From a virus (Duplodnaviria; Heunggongvirae; Uroviricota; Caudoviricetes): a stretch of DNA of 54,989 bases. The DNA is taken from positions 1-54,989 of the IMG/VR virus record IMGVR_UViG_3300033146_003879; one strand, given 5' to 3'. The position numbers and the translations under genes are program-made. Shown one piece after another: positions 1-9,880 of this stretch (position 1 is its first letter; every line of letters begins with the position of its first letter). The notes below the pieces were generated by a model. It did no database searches, had not been told where the DNA came from, and saw nothing but the letters and a program-made list of their open reading frames with translations.

Positions 1-2
1 CA

Positions 3-203
3 CTTCTTACAACTCCAAGACAGGCCGCCGACAAGTGAGTACTCGTTGACTCTGTATGTCTTCCCGCAAAGCCCGCACTTGCAATACCAGTAGCTTACGC
101 GTTTACCTGATGCGTACACCGTGTCTGGAGCGCGTCGCAAAACTGTCCACTTGCCGTATTTCTCACCAGTAATATCCCTTCTTTCCTTCTTTCTTGGAAC
201 CAT
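3..203 (-). CDS. Partial CDS running off the window edge; Cys-rich DNA-binding domain of the type found in HNH/AP2 homing-endonuclease-like phage proteins
   Basis: Hand translation: MVPRKKERRDITGEKYGKWTVLRR...YWYCKCGLCGKTYRVNEYSLVGGLSWSCKK. This fits the D-x-T-G-x-x-[FY]-G-x-x-T-V...W-x-C-x-C-x-x-C-G...S-C pattern. SD AGGAGGAG upstream. Not in the ORF track. Confidence 0.65.
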   Translation of the reverse strand, partial: MVPRKKERRDITGEKYGKWTVLRRAPDTVYASGKRVSYWYCKCGLCGKTYRVNEYSLVGGLSWSCKK

Positions 204-230
204 AGTGCAGCTCCTCCTTTGTGTGGTTTC

Positions 231-254
231 CTCTATGTTCTTATACCATATTTG
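231..254 (-). promoter_or_regulatory. Conserved phage promoter-like motif (class 1, CAAATATGGTATAAG)
   Basis: 24 bp exact match to 25234-25257; the core also occurs at 11747, 13258, 39649 and 50857; upstream of a minus-strand gene. Confidence 0.7.
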
Positions 255-341
255 GAGTTTGGGTTTAGCAAACACCTCGAACAGATCCACATTTGATTAT
301 AGGAGAAAGACTGATGCGAGTTCGTGGTTTGGGGGAGCGGC

Positions 342-1646
342 TTAAGACAGTGGTAGCTTTATAATTGATGCTTCATACCAGTCCGAGGGCTGATCTGCAT
401 CAGTGTACCGGTATCTCGTCGGTAACATCCCATTACTTATGTGTGCCATGTATGCCGTATCCTCATCAACACATATAGAAAAATCAATATAATCCAGCAT
501 ATCTCCCGATGATGTCGAGATAAGTGGCACTTCAAAACTCTTGTTGATTTTTGATGCTGTCAGTAGACCAGTATTCCAGTCGAAATCATATTCGATATCA
601 ATGACAGCGTATTTTGTCTCGGGGTACTCCAACGAAAATCCTAATTCGTTGAAGGTTGCCGGAACAGAAATCTGACATCTCAGCTTTTTATTTTTGAACG
701 ATAGGATAGTCCCAATGAACCAGTTCTTATTGGTATTGAGTTGAGTTTCATGAGGTGATGTTATATCCCATGACGAGTCAAGCTCAAAATCCAAGAATCC
801 TGATTCGTGTGAAGTATTATAGTCGGTGACCATAACGATAAATCGTTTAGGTGCTATTTCTTGTATATTCGTCACCCCACAAGCCCCGCTCATTGAGTGA
901 AGAGAGACATGCTCTGCTGACAAGACCCCAGACGATGAATGATTCACTTTCAAAACCTCGATGTTTGAACCACTGTCACTATATACGCCATATACCATAA
1001 CAATATCATCGCCATAGACTATTGGATTGAAGTGGTGAAGAGGTCTGTGCGTTATCGTTGTGCTGTGGACGCTGGATGTAGAAAAGTCGTCTAGGAGAAA
1101 AGAAGTGAATTCAACATTCCCAGAAGAGTCTTTGTGTCTTGAAACTAATCGATTATTGTGTACAAGCACTCCACCAATACTTGTGGCGGATGAGAATTTG
1201 AGACCTTCCTCGGCATATCCATCACTTTTCCTCACACGCAACACAGATAATGAATTCACGCCTGATAATTTCGATATCACCTCCATAAAAACATAGTTGT
1301 CGGAAATAGCCATCTCAGCACATTTGTTATATTCAGTGCATAGTATCCCAGATGCTACCCCGTCTCTGTTATTGGTATTATCATTGAATAATTTGAACCA
1401 CTCTGTCATGCCATTATCCTTTCTCACTTTCCACAAGAAAGTATCTCTAGTGCTGGATATATTGGTGAATGTCAGCCCTTCGAACCTGTCGGAATGGATA
1501 GCACCCGATATGTACAAGAAATCATCATCAGAAACCATTGATTGTGAGTATATATACCTCCCCAAATCACTCGTCGAGCTACCTAGGGGAAATTGTCTTT
1601 CCCAACCCCTTCTCCTAGCCCCCGCCAATGCCTTGCTCTTATTCAT
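342..1646 (-). CDS. Hypothetical beta-rich (possibly beta-propeller) virion/receptor-binding accessory protein
   Basis: 434 aa ORF, last gene of the tail-fibre cluster; beta-strand-rich composition. Confidence 0.45.
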   Translation of the reverse strand: MNKSKALAGARRRGWERQFPLGSSTSDLGRYIYSQSMVSDDDFLYISGAIHSDRFEGLTFTNISSTRDTFLWKVRKDNGMTEWFKLFNDNTNNRDGVASGILCTEYNKCAEMAISDNYVFMEVISKLSGVNSLSVLRVRKSDGYAEEGLKFSSATSIGGVLVHNNRLVSRHKDSSGNVEFTSFLLDDFSTSSVHSTTITHRPLHHFNPIVYGDDIVMVYGVYSDSGSNIEVLKVNHSSSGVLSAEHVSLHSMSGACGVTNIQEIAPKRFIVMVTDYNTSHESGFLDFELDSSWDITSPHETQLNTNKNWFIGTILSFKNKKLRCQISVPATFNELGFSLEYPETKYAVIDIEYDFDWNTGLLTASKINKSFEVPLISTSSGDMLDYIDFSICVDEDTAYMAHISNGMLPTRYRYTDADQPSDWYEASIIKLPLS

Positions 1647-1672
1647 AGAGAACCCCCGTTGATTAATCCCAT

Positions 1673-4600
1673 CTACTCTTCCATCCCCCCGGCTGCCTTG
1701 ATTTCTCCCCCGTAGAGAACCCCCACACTAACCAATCCGATATCTTTCGTGCAAGTGGATGTCGGATCGTAATAGACCTCAATCCAAAACGTACTGCCTG
1801 CCTTGGTGTTACTCATACTAATATCGTCGCTTGTTACCTGACTAAGTTCAGCGTATGCGTCCATACCGTCGGGAATATCATGCGAGTTTGTGTCCATTTT
1901 TCCCCACTCCATGGCTCTCAAATCATACTGCATAATAGCAGCACTGCTGTATGCGACTCTCACATTCAATTTGAAAGTCGAAGCTGAGCCATCACCTCCT
2001 TCTGGCGCAACAACAGTCGTCTTAATTTGTATCGATGTATCCTCGGTGTAGTCCTCAGGTAATTCAGTCTGGAAAACGAGTCTTTGCGCTTCCCATGGGT
2101 TCGTCACATCTTCAAACCTGCGAATCCGCATCACCGCCTTCGACAGGGCGTCCGCCTGAGCACTAGAACCAGTTTCATCATTACTCGAATCAGTATTATT
2201 CGGGTTATACACTTCAATGTAAGCGCCTGTGGAAAAATCCGTAATCGGATACAAACCGTTGTTAGCAGAGTTCGTTGCTCCTGTAACATCGACATAGTCT
2301 CCGATGTTACAGTCATCGAAATCAGTCAGGGTTGAAGCGACTATTCTGGTTTGGCCATTCCCTGCTTGATATGTGAATGAATCACAGTCAACAGCAGTAG
2401 CTATCACTGGACGGTACTTCTCTGCTACAAGTGGTGCTGGCAACCCATCCTCAGCTATTTCAACAGGGAGAGTGAACGACTTCTGCCCAGTACTCAAGTC
2501 TTCTGGTAATACGGTGACATTTGTTGCGGCGCTTCTGTCAACAGACACGGAGGCAGGATCAATGTACAGAGCCTTTATAATAGTGTTATGTGAGTTGAGG
2601 GCATTGATTTCTGCCGTTTTCATGACGTCAATAACGGAATCGTTAGCCGCAATGTTAAGTCCGTATCTGGTTCCTGAGCCGGTCTGTGAGCCGTATATCT
2701 CTTTCCCTGAAATACAAGCGTACACACCTGAGAGATACATATTAAACGCAGCTATCCCTATTTCTATTCTGTCGTGGTCACTTCCATAGGAATTATCGGC
2801 ATTCTCCGCCGACACAATATCAATTCTCTGTGCGACTATATGTAGGTTCAAGTAGTTAGTTTCTACCTGAGGGTTGGTATACCCATAATTCTTTATTTCA
2901 GAGATGGTTAACTCCCCACCGTCAGACATGAGAGCACACATAAAACTTTGATCAGCCACGCCTCCGTCCGCAGAGGGCCGGAACTTATTAATATAGACCC
3001 TCGAGTCAAATACATTCAGAGGTAGAAATACAGTAGTAGCGGGCAAGACAGTTGGGAGCAGCCCTGTGTAGGTGACTGCAAATACGTCTATGTCCAGATC
3101 AGAGTCTTCTATATAACCCACAACGCCTACTACACTCTGTACAGGGTTTGCGAGACTTGCAACACCTGTTGTCGTAGCCTCATCATCGGTATCGTCGGTT
3201 CTTGCCGGGATATGGACGTCAACCCATGCCCCGCTGGCGTCAACGTCCTTAATGATAAAGGTCCCATTATTTGAAGCGTTGGCATTTCCTTCAGTAACCA
3301 AAAATTGATTTACTGTCATGTCAGAAGCTTCCGTCGCACTACCAAATGCTACGCGGACGAACCCTGATCCCGACTGGTAAAGCAACGAAGCAATACCTAA
3401 ACCCGTCCTTCCTGTTACATCAGCAGAGGCAGGTGAGGAAGTCTCACCTACACCCGAGGCATTATCATAAACAACATAATTACCTCTTGGATCGATACCA
3501 GTTAGCGTAAAGGTACCGTCATTGGCAGCGTTTGTTGCACCAGATACTATAAATTCTTGACCGACTTGTATGCCGGAGCCCGCTCCCTCAGTGTCAAAGC
3601 TAGCGGTAACAGTAGTCCCTGTCTTGGAAGACAAAGTCTCTACCCCTATTTCTTGGGTGAAGCCTATTTCGTCTATTACGATACTAGATCTCTCAATCTC
3701 TGCCTGAAAAATAGATTCAAGATGGTCACTTGTTGGTGAGAACTGTATTTTAGAGTTAAAAAGTGTTGCTGCATTTCTGAAGAAGTTATCATTATCCTTT
3801 CCTAGTCTAAGCTGTATAGTGGAATCCACTACTGCAGCATAGTTCATTTGAGCACTCTGCATGAAGAACTTGAAACCGAGGAGGGGATCAATTGCTGTGA
3901 AGTGATAGGTATCCATGAAGTCACTTGTTATGCCGAGTGAGAAGTCAAGTACTGCTTGTGATGTCTTAAAATCGACAACTGTTTTATAAGCGTTCCTTCC
4001 ATATACCATGTCTAGCACACTGAGATCGGAGATAACTACGTCAGCCCTTTTCACCGTGTTATCAAACAGAATCATGCTCCCAGTGACTGTGTTGCTTGCG
4101 AGGGGTGGGTAGATAACCATGGACCCTATGTTAACGTGCGGTCTCCCTGTGAAAACGAGAGAAGCTGCCCCGACAAACCCACTCAGTATTCTGGCGTCAT
4201 CTCCAAATACGACCTTCTCAGCTTTGATCGACACCTCGCCAATTACAGAGTGTATCACGCCGACTTCATCAAAAACGCCGTAATCCAAAGTACCTGATGT
4301 CTGATTCAATGGGGCAGTCTCAAACGCCGTGAAAGAACACCCTACGACCAGGACCGACAACTGAGCATAGAGATCAACAGTCCAGTCGTTACTTCCACCC
4401 GGAAGGCAAGAAACCACGCCTCCGGAACACTCGACTAACTCAAGCGCGATAGCTTCGTCTGCAAATCTCCCCGGGTTGAACACCATGCGTGCGGCAGAGA
4501 ACACACATCTTTCAAAGGTAGGAGCAACCCCGTACCTTAGTGCAAGTTTGATCTGGTAGCCATCGTCCCCGATACTAAACTTACAATTGACAAAGTTCTC

Positions 4601-5263
4601 TACATCCTCGACAACGTGCCCGTCGGTGTGACCTACGCCTCCTACGGGCTCCGAACCACTTATCACGAAGTGTACGCCTTCGCTTCCTTTATCAGTTATA
4701 GCCTCTTGTAATGTTGCATACTTGCTCTCAGCAGGCGCTGTTGTGAAGGAGGAGTCAACGTAAACAGTGTTATAATCTTTTGCGCTCCCGCTTGAGGCAG
4801 GTAAGAAATCTGACAGAGGTTTCCAGTAGGCAGCAGGAGTCTCATCCTTGCCGTAGTAAGGGTAAGTCTCTTGATCAGCATAAATAGTTGCACCGGTTGG
4901 TATAGGTCCACTGAATGACCACTCCCCTGCAGTCTGATTCCATGAGGCTATTTCGCCACTATGTCCTGCCCAATCACCTGTCGGCGCAGTGTGAGAGATA
5001 ACACCAGTTGCGTCCTTTGTGAAAGTAGGGGGAGCTGCTGTAGTCCACACATACTGAACCCTATTTCTCCAGTAAGTGTTCTCGCCTCCTGCTCCTGTAC
5101 CGAATTCAGCCCATGCACTGCCATCCGATTTCATGACTCTATTAGGAGTTGTGCTTGTGTCAACTATAAGTGCTCCATCTCCTGCTTCGGAGGCAGAAGG
5201 GAAGTTGCCGCTCCCGTTGAACTCCGGTAAGATTCTTCCAAAATTGTTATATCTCTGTGTCAT
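1673..5263 (-). CDS. Tail fibre/spike-like protein with shared N-terminal module, DUF2793-like segment and three GxxNxxN[DN]G repeats
   Basis: N-terminus paralogous to 5273-6463 and 6474-8372. APTGDWAGHSGEIASWN resembles DUF2793. Repeats GATNAANDGTF, GNANASNNGTF and GATNSANNGLY. Confidence 0.65.
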   Translation of the reverse strand: MTQRYNNFGRILPEFNGSGNFPSASEAGDGALIVDTSTTPNRVMKSDGSAWAEFGTGAGGENTYWRNRVQYVWTTAAPPTFTKDATGVISHTAPTGDWAGHSGEIASWNQTAGEWSFSGPIPTGATIYADQETYPYYGKDETPAAYWKPLSDFLPASSGSAKDYNTVYVDSSFTTAPAESKYATLQEAITDKGSEGVHFVISGSEPVGGVGHTDGHVVEDVENFVNCKFSIGDDGYQIKLALRYGVAPTFERCVFSAARMVFNPGRFADEAIALELVECSGGVVSCLPGGSNDWTVDLYAQLSVLVVGCSFTAFETAPLNQTSGTLDYGVFDEVGVIHSVIGEVSIKAEKVVFGDDARILSGFVGAASLVFTGRPHVNIGSMVIYPPLASNTVTGSMILFDNTVKRADVVISDLSVLDMVYGRNAYKTVVDFKTSQAVLDFSLGITSDFMDTYHFTAIDPLLGFKFFMQSAQMNYAAVVDSTIQLRLGKDNDNFFRNAATLFNSKIQFSPTSDHLESIFQAEIERSSIVIDEIGFTQEIGVETLSSKTGTTVTASFDTEGAGSGIQVGQEFIVSGATNAANDGTFTLTGIDPRGNYVVYDNASGVGETSSPASADVTGRTGLGIASLLYQSGSGFVRVAFGSATEASDMTVNQFLVTEGNANASNNGTFIIKDVDASGAWVDVHIPARTDDTDDEATTTGVASLANPVQSVVGVVGYIEDSDLDIDVFAVTYTGLLPTVLPATTVFLPLNVFDSRVYINKFRPSADGGVADQSFMCALMSDGGELTISEIKNYGYTNPQVETNYLNLHIVAQRIDIVSAENADNSYGSDHDRIEIGIAAFNMYLSGVYACISGKEIYGSQTGSGTRYGLNIAANDSVIDVMKTAEINALNSHNTIIKALYIDPASVSVDRSAATNVTVLPEDLSTGQKSFTLPVEIAEDGLPAPLVAEKYRPVIATAVDCDSFTYQAGNGQTRIVASTLTDFDDCNIGDYVDVTGATNSANNGLYPITDFSTGAYIEVYNPNNTDSSNDETGSSAQADALSKAVMRIRRFEDVTNPWEAQRLVFQTELPEDYTEDTSIQIKTTVVAPEGGDGSASTFKLNVRVAYSSAAIMQYDLRAMEWGKMDTNSHDIPDGMDAYAELSQVTSDDISMSNTKAGSTFWIEVYYDPTSTCTKDIGLVSVGVLYGGEIKAAGGMEE

Positions 5264-5272
5264 CTTATTCTC

Positions 5273-6463
5273 CTAAACGCCTAGTGTTGTCATAAATACT
5301 GTTGCGACCCAGTGCATGTTAGTGGAGGCTAATCCTGTCACAAGCACTTCTATCCGATTGCTATTAACCTCAACAGTCACCTCGCATCCGGTTAGACTTG
5401 CGTCCTCATACTCAGTGGTAATAGATGACCACTTTAGTGAGCTTGCTCCGGCTTGTGTCCTGTTGGCGAGACCCTCAATCTTATAAGAAACCACGTTATC
5501 TATGCCAGATACCTCTGCCCCGACCACGTACGCAGTGAAGCGAATAGCTCTTTGCACTGGCAAATCAAGATGCGACAGATGAGGAGATGACCCTGCAAGC
5601 AGCTCAGTCTGCGTTGCATCTGTTGTGGTTTCTCTGATAACCACGCGCTCGAGTTGAGCAGAACCGTCGGTTGTGAATCTTCCGCTAGCGGAGACGTGTG
5701 CTCCATGTATAGAAGTTTTACTAAACATGCCCTCTGCATGCGCCGCGAACCCATCAGCGGTCGTATCTATCCCTTCTGCATGCGCTGAATTTCCCAAAGC
5801 CTTAGTGCCGTCTCCTTCTGCGTGTGCGTACCATCCGTCAGCTTCTGTGTCATAGCCTTCTGCGTGGGAGTATCTTTGCTTAGCGTACGTACTTCCTCCT
5901 TCTGCGTGCGCTGCCCAGCCTTCCGCATGCGTACTTGTTCCTTCCGCATGCGCCCACTGTTCAGTAGCGCTCGAACTGTTCCCCTCTGCGTGGGATGCTG
6001 TGCCGGATGCAGTTGTGTTAACACCCTCTGCACTGGAGCTTTCACCAAGTGCACGCGTTCCATTGCCAGTAGCGCTCGAGTATAAGCCTCTGAAAGCATC
6101 GTCCCAGCGGTCGTCGGTGACCCTTCCTGCGCGGAATGCACCTTTTGCCTTATCAAAGAACATTCGCGCGTCATAGTCGGTCGTTCCGGAATCGTCGTTG
6201 AGTTGAGGTGATCCGACAACAAAGTCGTCTGTATCGGGGTCAGCGGTCTGCCTTACAACGTGACTCACAGCTGCAAAAGCGCCGCTCCCACCGCCTCCGC
6301 CCTCGCCTAATGTTATCCACGTCGTACCGTCCCACATCTTGTTCTTGTGGGGTGTTGCTGATGTGTCTGTAACAATTGCACCTGCGTATTTGGCAGAGAG
6401 GGTAGGTAAACTGCTATATTCAGGGAATACTTTACCGATGCTTTGATTGAATACTTGTGTCAT
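5273..6463 (-). CDS. Tail fibre protein with YadA-head-like 14-residue (S/A)HAEG repeats
   Basis: About 9 tandem 14 aa repeats such as SHAEGNSSSATEQW, AHAEGTSTHAEGWA and AHAEGGSTYAKQRY; shared N-terminal module. Confidence 0.75.
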   Translation of the reverse strand: MTQVFNQSIGKVFPEYSSLPTLSAKYAGAIVTDTSATPHKNKMWDGTTWITLGEGGGGGSGAFAAVSHVVRQTADPDTDDFVVGSPQLNDDSGTTDYDARMFFDKAKGAFRAGRVTDDRWDDAFRGLYSSATGNGTRALGESSSAEGVNTTASGTASHAEGNSSSATEQWAHAEGTSTHAEGWAAHAEGGSTYAKQRYSHAEGYDTEADGWYAHAEGDGTKALGNSAHAEGIDTTADGFAAHAEGMFSKTSIHGAHVSASGRFTTDGSAQLERVVIRETTTDATQTELLAGSSPHLSHLDLPVQRAIRFTAYVVGAEVSGIDNVVSYKIEGLANRTQAGASSLKWSSITTEYEDASLTGCEVTVEVNSNRIEVLVTGLASTNMHWVATVFMTTLGV

Positions 6464-6473
6464 TCTTGTCCCC

Positions 6474-8372
6474 TTATATTGATGATGTATCTACACGTCT
6501 GTTGTCAGAGCCTGTCACGGTGACCGTCGCTGAATTCGCTCCACTATTAAGCAGCATTACATTTTCATTCCCTGCTATGGTTACTTTGTAAATGAGAGAT
6601 GCAGTAAATACTACGCCTCTGGTTGTTGCGGTTAGTATTACTTCAGGGGAAGTCTCTATGTAGGATGTATTAACAACCCTCGTTCCTCGAAACGTAAAAC
6701 TACCAACAGACTTCAGCGTGTTTCCCACCCCGTCGAGTTCAATAAATGTCGAACCCCGGGTTGCAGTATTGTACCCATAGTAATCAGCAATAAGAGCCGT
6801 GATAGTATCCCCTGTGAAGGATATCCCACATATATTGCCCGGTGCGTGGGTCTGCCCTCCTGATGTGTCCAGTATCTCAACCGAGTGTATTCTCATGTCT
6901 GCTATCCCTGTCACGAATCGCAGTTCTTGAGATGCATTCGCTATTGAGTTATTACTTATCTTTAACTTCTCAATCGTGCATATCCCCTCACCCTCCTCGG
7001 AAGCAATAACCACAGCGCTCCCAATCCCCGCAGAGGGCAGGTGCAGACGAATATCAATGAGAGGCACAGTTACAGTGGACCCCAAACCGACAGATGGGAT
7101 AAATGAGCTGAAGCTCATGTGGGACGACGCGTTTACGTATTGATGCACGGTGCCGCACAACACGTAGACTTTTGAGTTTACACCAAACTCTCCAAATAGT
7201 GCAGGAGGGGAGGCTAAATTTCTATTGAATATGTCTGACTCTAAAGGGCTTGACGTAGGATCCAGCTCACAATGGAATGTGAAGTCCTTCGGGGCTTCGC
7301 CATCCACCTGTACTATCGTAAACGCAGAATCCGCATTTGGGAACGATGTTGTGTCGAGAGATCTTTGCACTACGTTGTCAATCAGTAATGCGCCTGTAAC
7401 CTCATTTCCAGAAGTGCCATCAAACCGCACGTATGAGGAGATAGCGCGCGATGATGCGGATTCAAAAGCAAGCTCCTTTATACGCCAGTCAATGTGAGCA
7501 CCCTCATATACACGCACGAGAGATCCGTCTGACGGAGCACCGTGCCTCATATCAATACTGTAGAGCCGATCTGCCGAGCCGGAGGTCTTACCCTCAAGCG
7601 TTAGCTGCGCGATCCACATCCGCGGAGAGCCTATTATATCAGAATCTGTCAGTGCAAGAACTCCGCAAGAGAAAGATGTGTCAGGTATAGCTACAGTCGA
7701 GTCTTTTATTGTTATTGTGGCTATTTCCGAAGTAGGGCTTGTCGCCTTAACGGAAGTGCCAAGCTTAGTCAGCACACACTGCTGTATGTCAATTGTAAGG
7801 TCAAGGTACTGTGATGCGTAGTCAAAACGTATACTTACACTCCCAACACACCCGTAGAACTCTGTTGTTCTACTGTAGTTTGTGTCTGCGGCGTCTAAGT
7901 GTTTTATTTCTATATTCAGGAATGAGCATGCGGTGAATGCTACGTGGAGGGCAGCGTCGCAATTTATGTTAACGAAGGCAGTCGTGGCTCCCGGTTTTGG
8001 TCTAAATGTGCATGACTTGAATTCTATAGGATCGCCTGTTCCAATCGAGGACAGCCGACTTGAATCACTGGATATGAGTACGAACTCAATGCCATAGTAC
8101 CCCTCTGCGGCTACCGCTTCTTTGATTGTTCTGTATAGGTGGCGTGAGGCATCTGTTGCTGCGCCGGAGTCTATGTACACTGTATTCCGTATCTCAGGGA
8201 TCCCGCTCCCACCGCTTGCACCGAACTCACTCCAAGTGCTCCCATCATACCTCATTGTCTTTCCGGTCACCGAGTCCGTTATAAGGCACCCTTCCTCTAC
8301 GTTGGTCGGGTATGCTCCTGTCGGGTATGTTGGCAGCATGCGCCCGTTAACTTTATCGAAAAATTGCGTCAT
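6474..8372 (-). CDS. Tail fibre/spike-like protein (likely beta-helix)
   Basis: Shared N-terminal module. NTVYIDS...YRTIKEAV segment matches NTVYVDS...YATLQEAI in 1673-5263. Confidence 0.6.
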   Translation of the reverse strand: MTQFFDKVNGRMLPTYPTGAYPTNVEEGCLITDSVTGKTMRYDGSTWSEFGASGGSGIPEIRNTVYIDSGAATDASRHLYRTIKEAVAAEGYYGIEFVLISSDSSRLSSIGTGDPIEFKSCTFRPKPGATTAFVNINCDAALHVAFTACSFLNIEIKHLDAADTNYSRTTEFYGCVGSVSIRFDYASQYLDLTIDIQQCVLTKLGTSVKATSPTSEIATITIKDSTVAIPDTSFSCGVLALTDSDIIGSPRMWIAQLTLEGKTSGSADRLYSIDMRHGAPSDGSLVRVYEGAHIDWRIKELAFESASSRAISSYVRFDGTSGNEVTGALLIDNVVQRSLDTTSFPNADSAFTIVQVDGEAPKDFTFHCELDPTSSPLESDIFNRNLASPPALFGEFGVNSKVYVLCGTVHQYVNASSHMSFSSFIPSVGLGSTVTVPLIDIRLHLPSAGIGSAVVIASEEGEGICTIEKLKISNNSIANASQELRFVTGIADMRIHSVEILDTSGGQTHAPGNICGISFTGDTITALIADYYGYNTATRGSTFIELDGVGNTLKSVGSFTFRGTRVVNTSYIETSPEVILTATTRGVVFTASLIYKVTIAGNENVMLLNSGANSATVTVTGSDNRRVDTSSI

Positions 8373-8410
8373 AGCGGTCGTATCTCCTCGAAGTTATACT
8401 ATCCGCTATT

Positions 8411-8417
8411 ATTATAG
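8411..8417 (-). promoter_or_regulatory. CTATAAT motif (class 2, putative late promoter) before tail-fibre operon
   Basis: The same heptamer lies about 30-40 nt upstream of six structural/lysis operon heads. Confidence 0.5.
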
Positions 8418-8433
8418 GCTTCTTGAGCAAGTG

Positions 8434-8832
8434 CTACCGCTGAGGGTCGATAACTCCAGTGAGATCAAAAAAAGCAAGGAACACGGCGTTTGCGACTGCA
8501 CTGTTACGGTGTTCTTTGTTCAGGTCCGCCTCGGCGATTGTGCTACTGCTTTTTGGTCTTGCTGCAAGATGATGTCTTATGAACTTATTCTTAAACATAT
8601 CAATGTTGTGTACTTTTTGCCACTCAGTTGTGTCTCCGTGCTTCCCTGTGTTTGCTGCGAGTGCTCTATCGAATGCAAGTACGAGCTTGTCGATGGTCGG
8701 ACAGGCACTTCTCAAGTAGTTTGAATAGCCGCTTAACGGGGCTGCTCTTAGATAATCATTCAACACTATCTCCGGTATTGCAAATGATCTCTTTTTTGTA
8801 GCTTCCTCTTCTCTCTTTCCTGTTGGGGTCAT
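8434..8832 (-). CDS. Hypothetical protein
   Basis: 132 aa ORF with AAGGAG SD and its own sigma70-like promoter. Confidence 0.6.
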   Translation of the reverse strand: MTPTGKREEEATKKRSFAIPEIVLNDYLRAAPLSGYSNYLRSACPTIDKLVLAFDRALAANTGKHGDTTEWQKVHNIDMFKNKFIRHHLAARPKSSSTIAEADLNKEHRNSAVANAVFLAFFDLTGVIDPQR

Positions 8833-8865
8833 GGCGTTATCTCCTTGCGAAAAAAATAATAAGTA

Positions 8866-8894
8866 ACTATACAGCTTTGCTTTTTTGTAGTCAA
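8866..8894 (-). promoter_or_regulatory. Sigma70-type promoter TTGACT-17-TATAGT
   Basis: Near-consensus hexamers with 17 bp spacer, upstream of 8832. Confidence 0.65.
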
Positions 8895-8901
8895 GTTTAT
8901 A

Positions 8902-8919
8902 CCGGGGCCGAAGCCCCGG
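8902..8919 (-). terminator. GC hairpin with C(UUCG)G tetraloop, probable terminator or stabilising hairpin
   Basis: CCGGGGC-TTCG-GCCCCGG right after the stop at 8924; the U-tract is weak. Confidence 0.55.
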
Positions 8920-8923
8920 GAAA

Positions 8924-9541
8924 CTACACTATATCATTAAAAACAGCTGTAGCAATATTCATGACGTCTGAAAACTGCTCCCGGTTAGACAGCTCTGGCC
9001 CTGATAATGCCTGCATGTCACTAACCCTGTAATGTTCCTTACCAGTGAACTTACCGGACACGCCGGCGATGTGTATGTGGGAGCACATCTCACTGTGGCG
9101 ATTGTAGTCTTCAACGAATACGCGTGCTACGTCAACTCCCTCAGGATCTAATTTCGTTGCGACTTCAAATTCAATGACACACCTACCTCTACTGAAGAAT
9201 GACACTCTTCCATTTCTTATGTCGAAATCATCAGGGTCCTCTTCAACAAGTGTGAGCACGAAATCGCGAAGATCTTTATCTCCTGATGTCATCAGGTTTA
9301 AGATCTTGTCTCCTTGGTCTTCACAGTACAATGTCTTTGTAGCTGTTTTGTATAGGTGTACGGGGGAGCGCATTACTCTCTCCCACGCAAGTATAGCCTC
9401 TTCAGGAGTGTCCCCGAATCCTACATCAATGCCCTCTACGGAAGGCGCTATAGTGACGCAGTACTTATTCCCTTCTTTTCTTAAGTTCGGTTTGATTGCT
9501 CTGAATAGCTCAAACTCTTTCATCCCTGCTGATGCATCCAT
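8924..9541 (-). CDS. Hypothetical protein (N-terminal part loosely HicB-like: GFGDTPEEAILAW)
   Basis: ORF track 8924-9580; likely start MDASAG at 9541 after GAGG. Confidence 0.5.
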   Translation of the reverse strand: MDASAGMKEFELFRAIKPNLRKEGNKYCVTIAPSVEGIDVGFGDTPEEAILAWERVMRSPVHLYKTATKTLYCEDQGDKILNLMTSGDKDLRDFVLTLVEEDPDDFDIRNGRVSFFSRGRCVIEFEVATKLDPEGVDVARVFVEDYNRHSEMCSHIHIAGVSGKFTGKEHYRVSDMQALSGPELSNREQFSDVMNIATAVFNDIV

Positions 9542-9619
9542 TATACCATTCCTCGTAATTAAAAAATATAGTAAAACCATCGGTAGAGCCAGCGTCCTAC
9601 CAGCTCTACCTAAGTGCCG

Positions 9620-9880
9620 CTACAGTGGCCGTGCATGTGGTTTTTTTGTAAAACGCACAGTACGACGGCCACAATTGTTACTTACCGAAGTAACCTTTAC
9701 GACATCTTTCCGATCATATCGATCGGACGTGCTGGCTAGGTACTTCGATATGTTGACCTTGTCGACCATTGATTCAGCAAGCTCCTCTATGGGAGCATCA
9801 CCTGACATCCACCCCGCCTCATACGCTTTGTTGAGGATCTGTTTGATGATGTTTATACGGTCTTTCCGTGGTATTGCCAT
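9620..9880 (-). CDS. Hypothetical protein
   Basis: 86 aa ORF, translationally coupled (TAATG) to the upstream gene. Confidence 0.55.
   Translation of the reverse strand: MAIPRKDRINIIKQILNKAYEAGWMSGDAPIEELAESMVDKVNISKYLASTSDRYDRKDVVKVTSVSNNCGRRTVRFTKKPHARPL

Noticed and set aside
5700-6090. Diversity-generating retroelement or CRISPR-like repeats in the fibre gene
   Set aside because: The 42 bp periodicity is explained by coding HAEG repeats; no reverse transcriptase or template/variable repeat pair was seen.
9539-9551. AATGGTATAATG as a seventh class 1 promoter
   Set aside because: It sits between the SD and the start codon of the gene and deviates at both ends of the consensus.
9582-9610. 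GGTAGAGC/GCTCTACC inverted repeat as a tRNA fragment
   Set aside because: No cloverleaf or T-loop; at most a simple intergenic hairpin.
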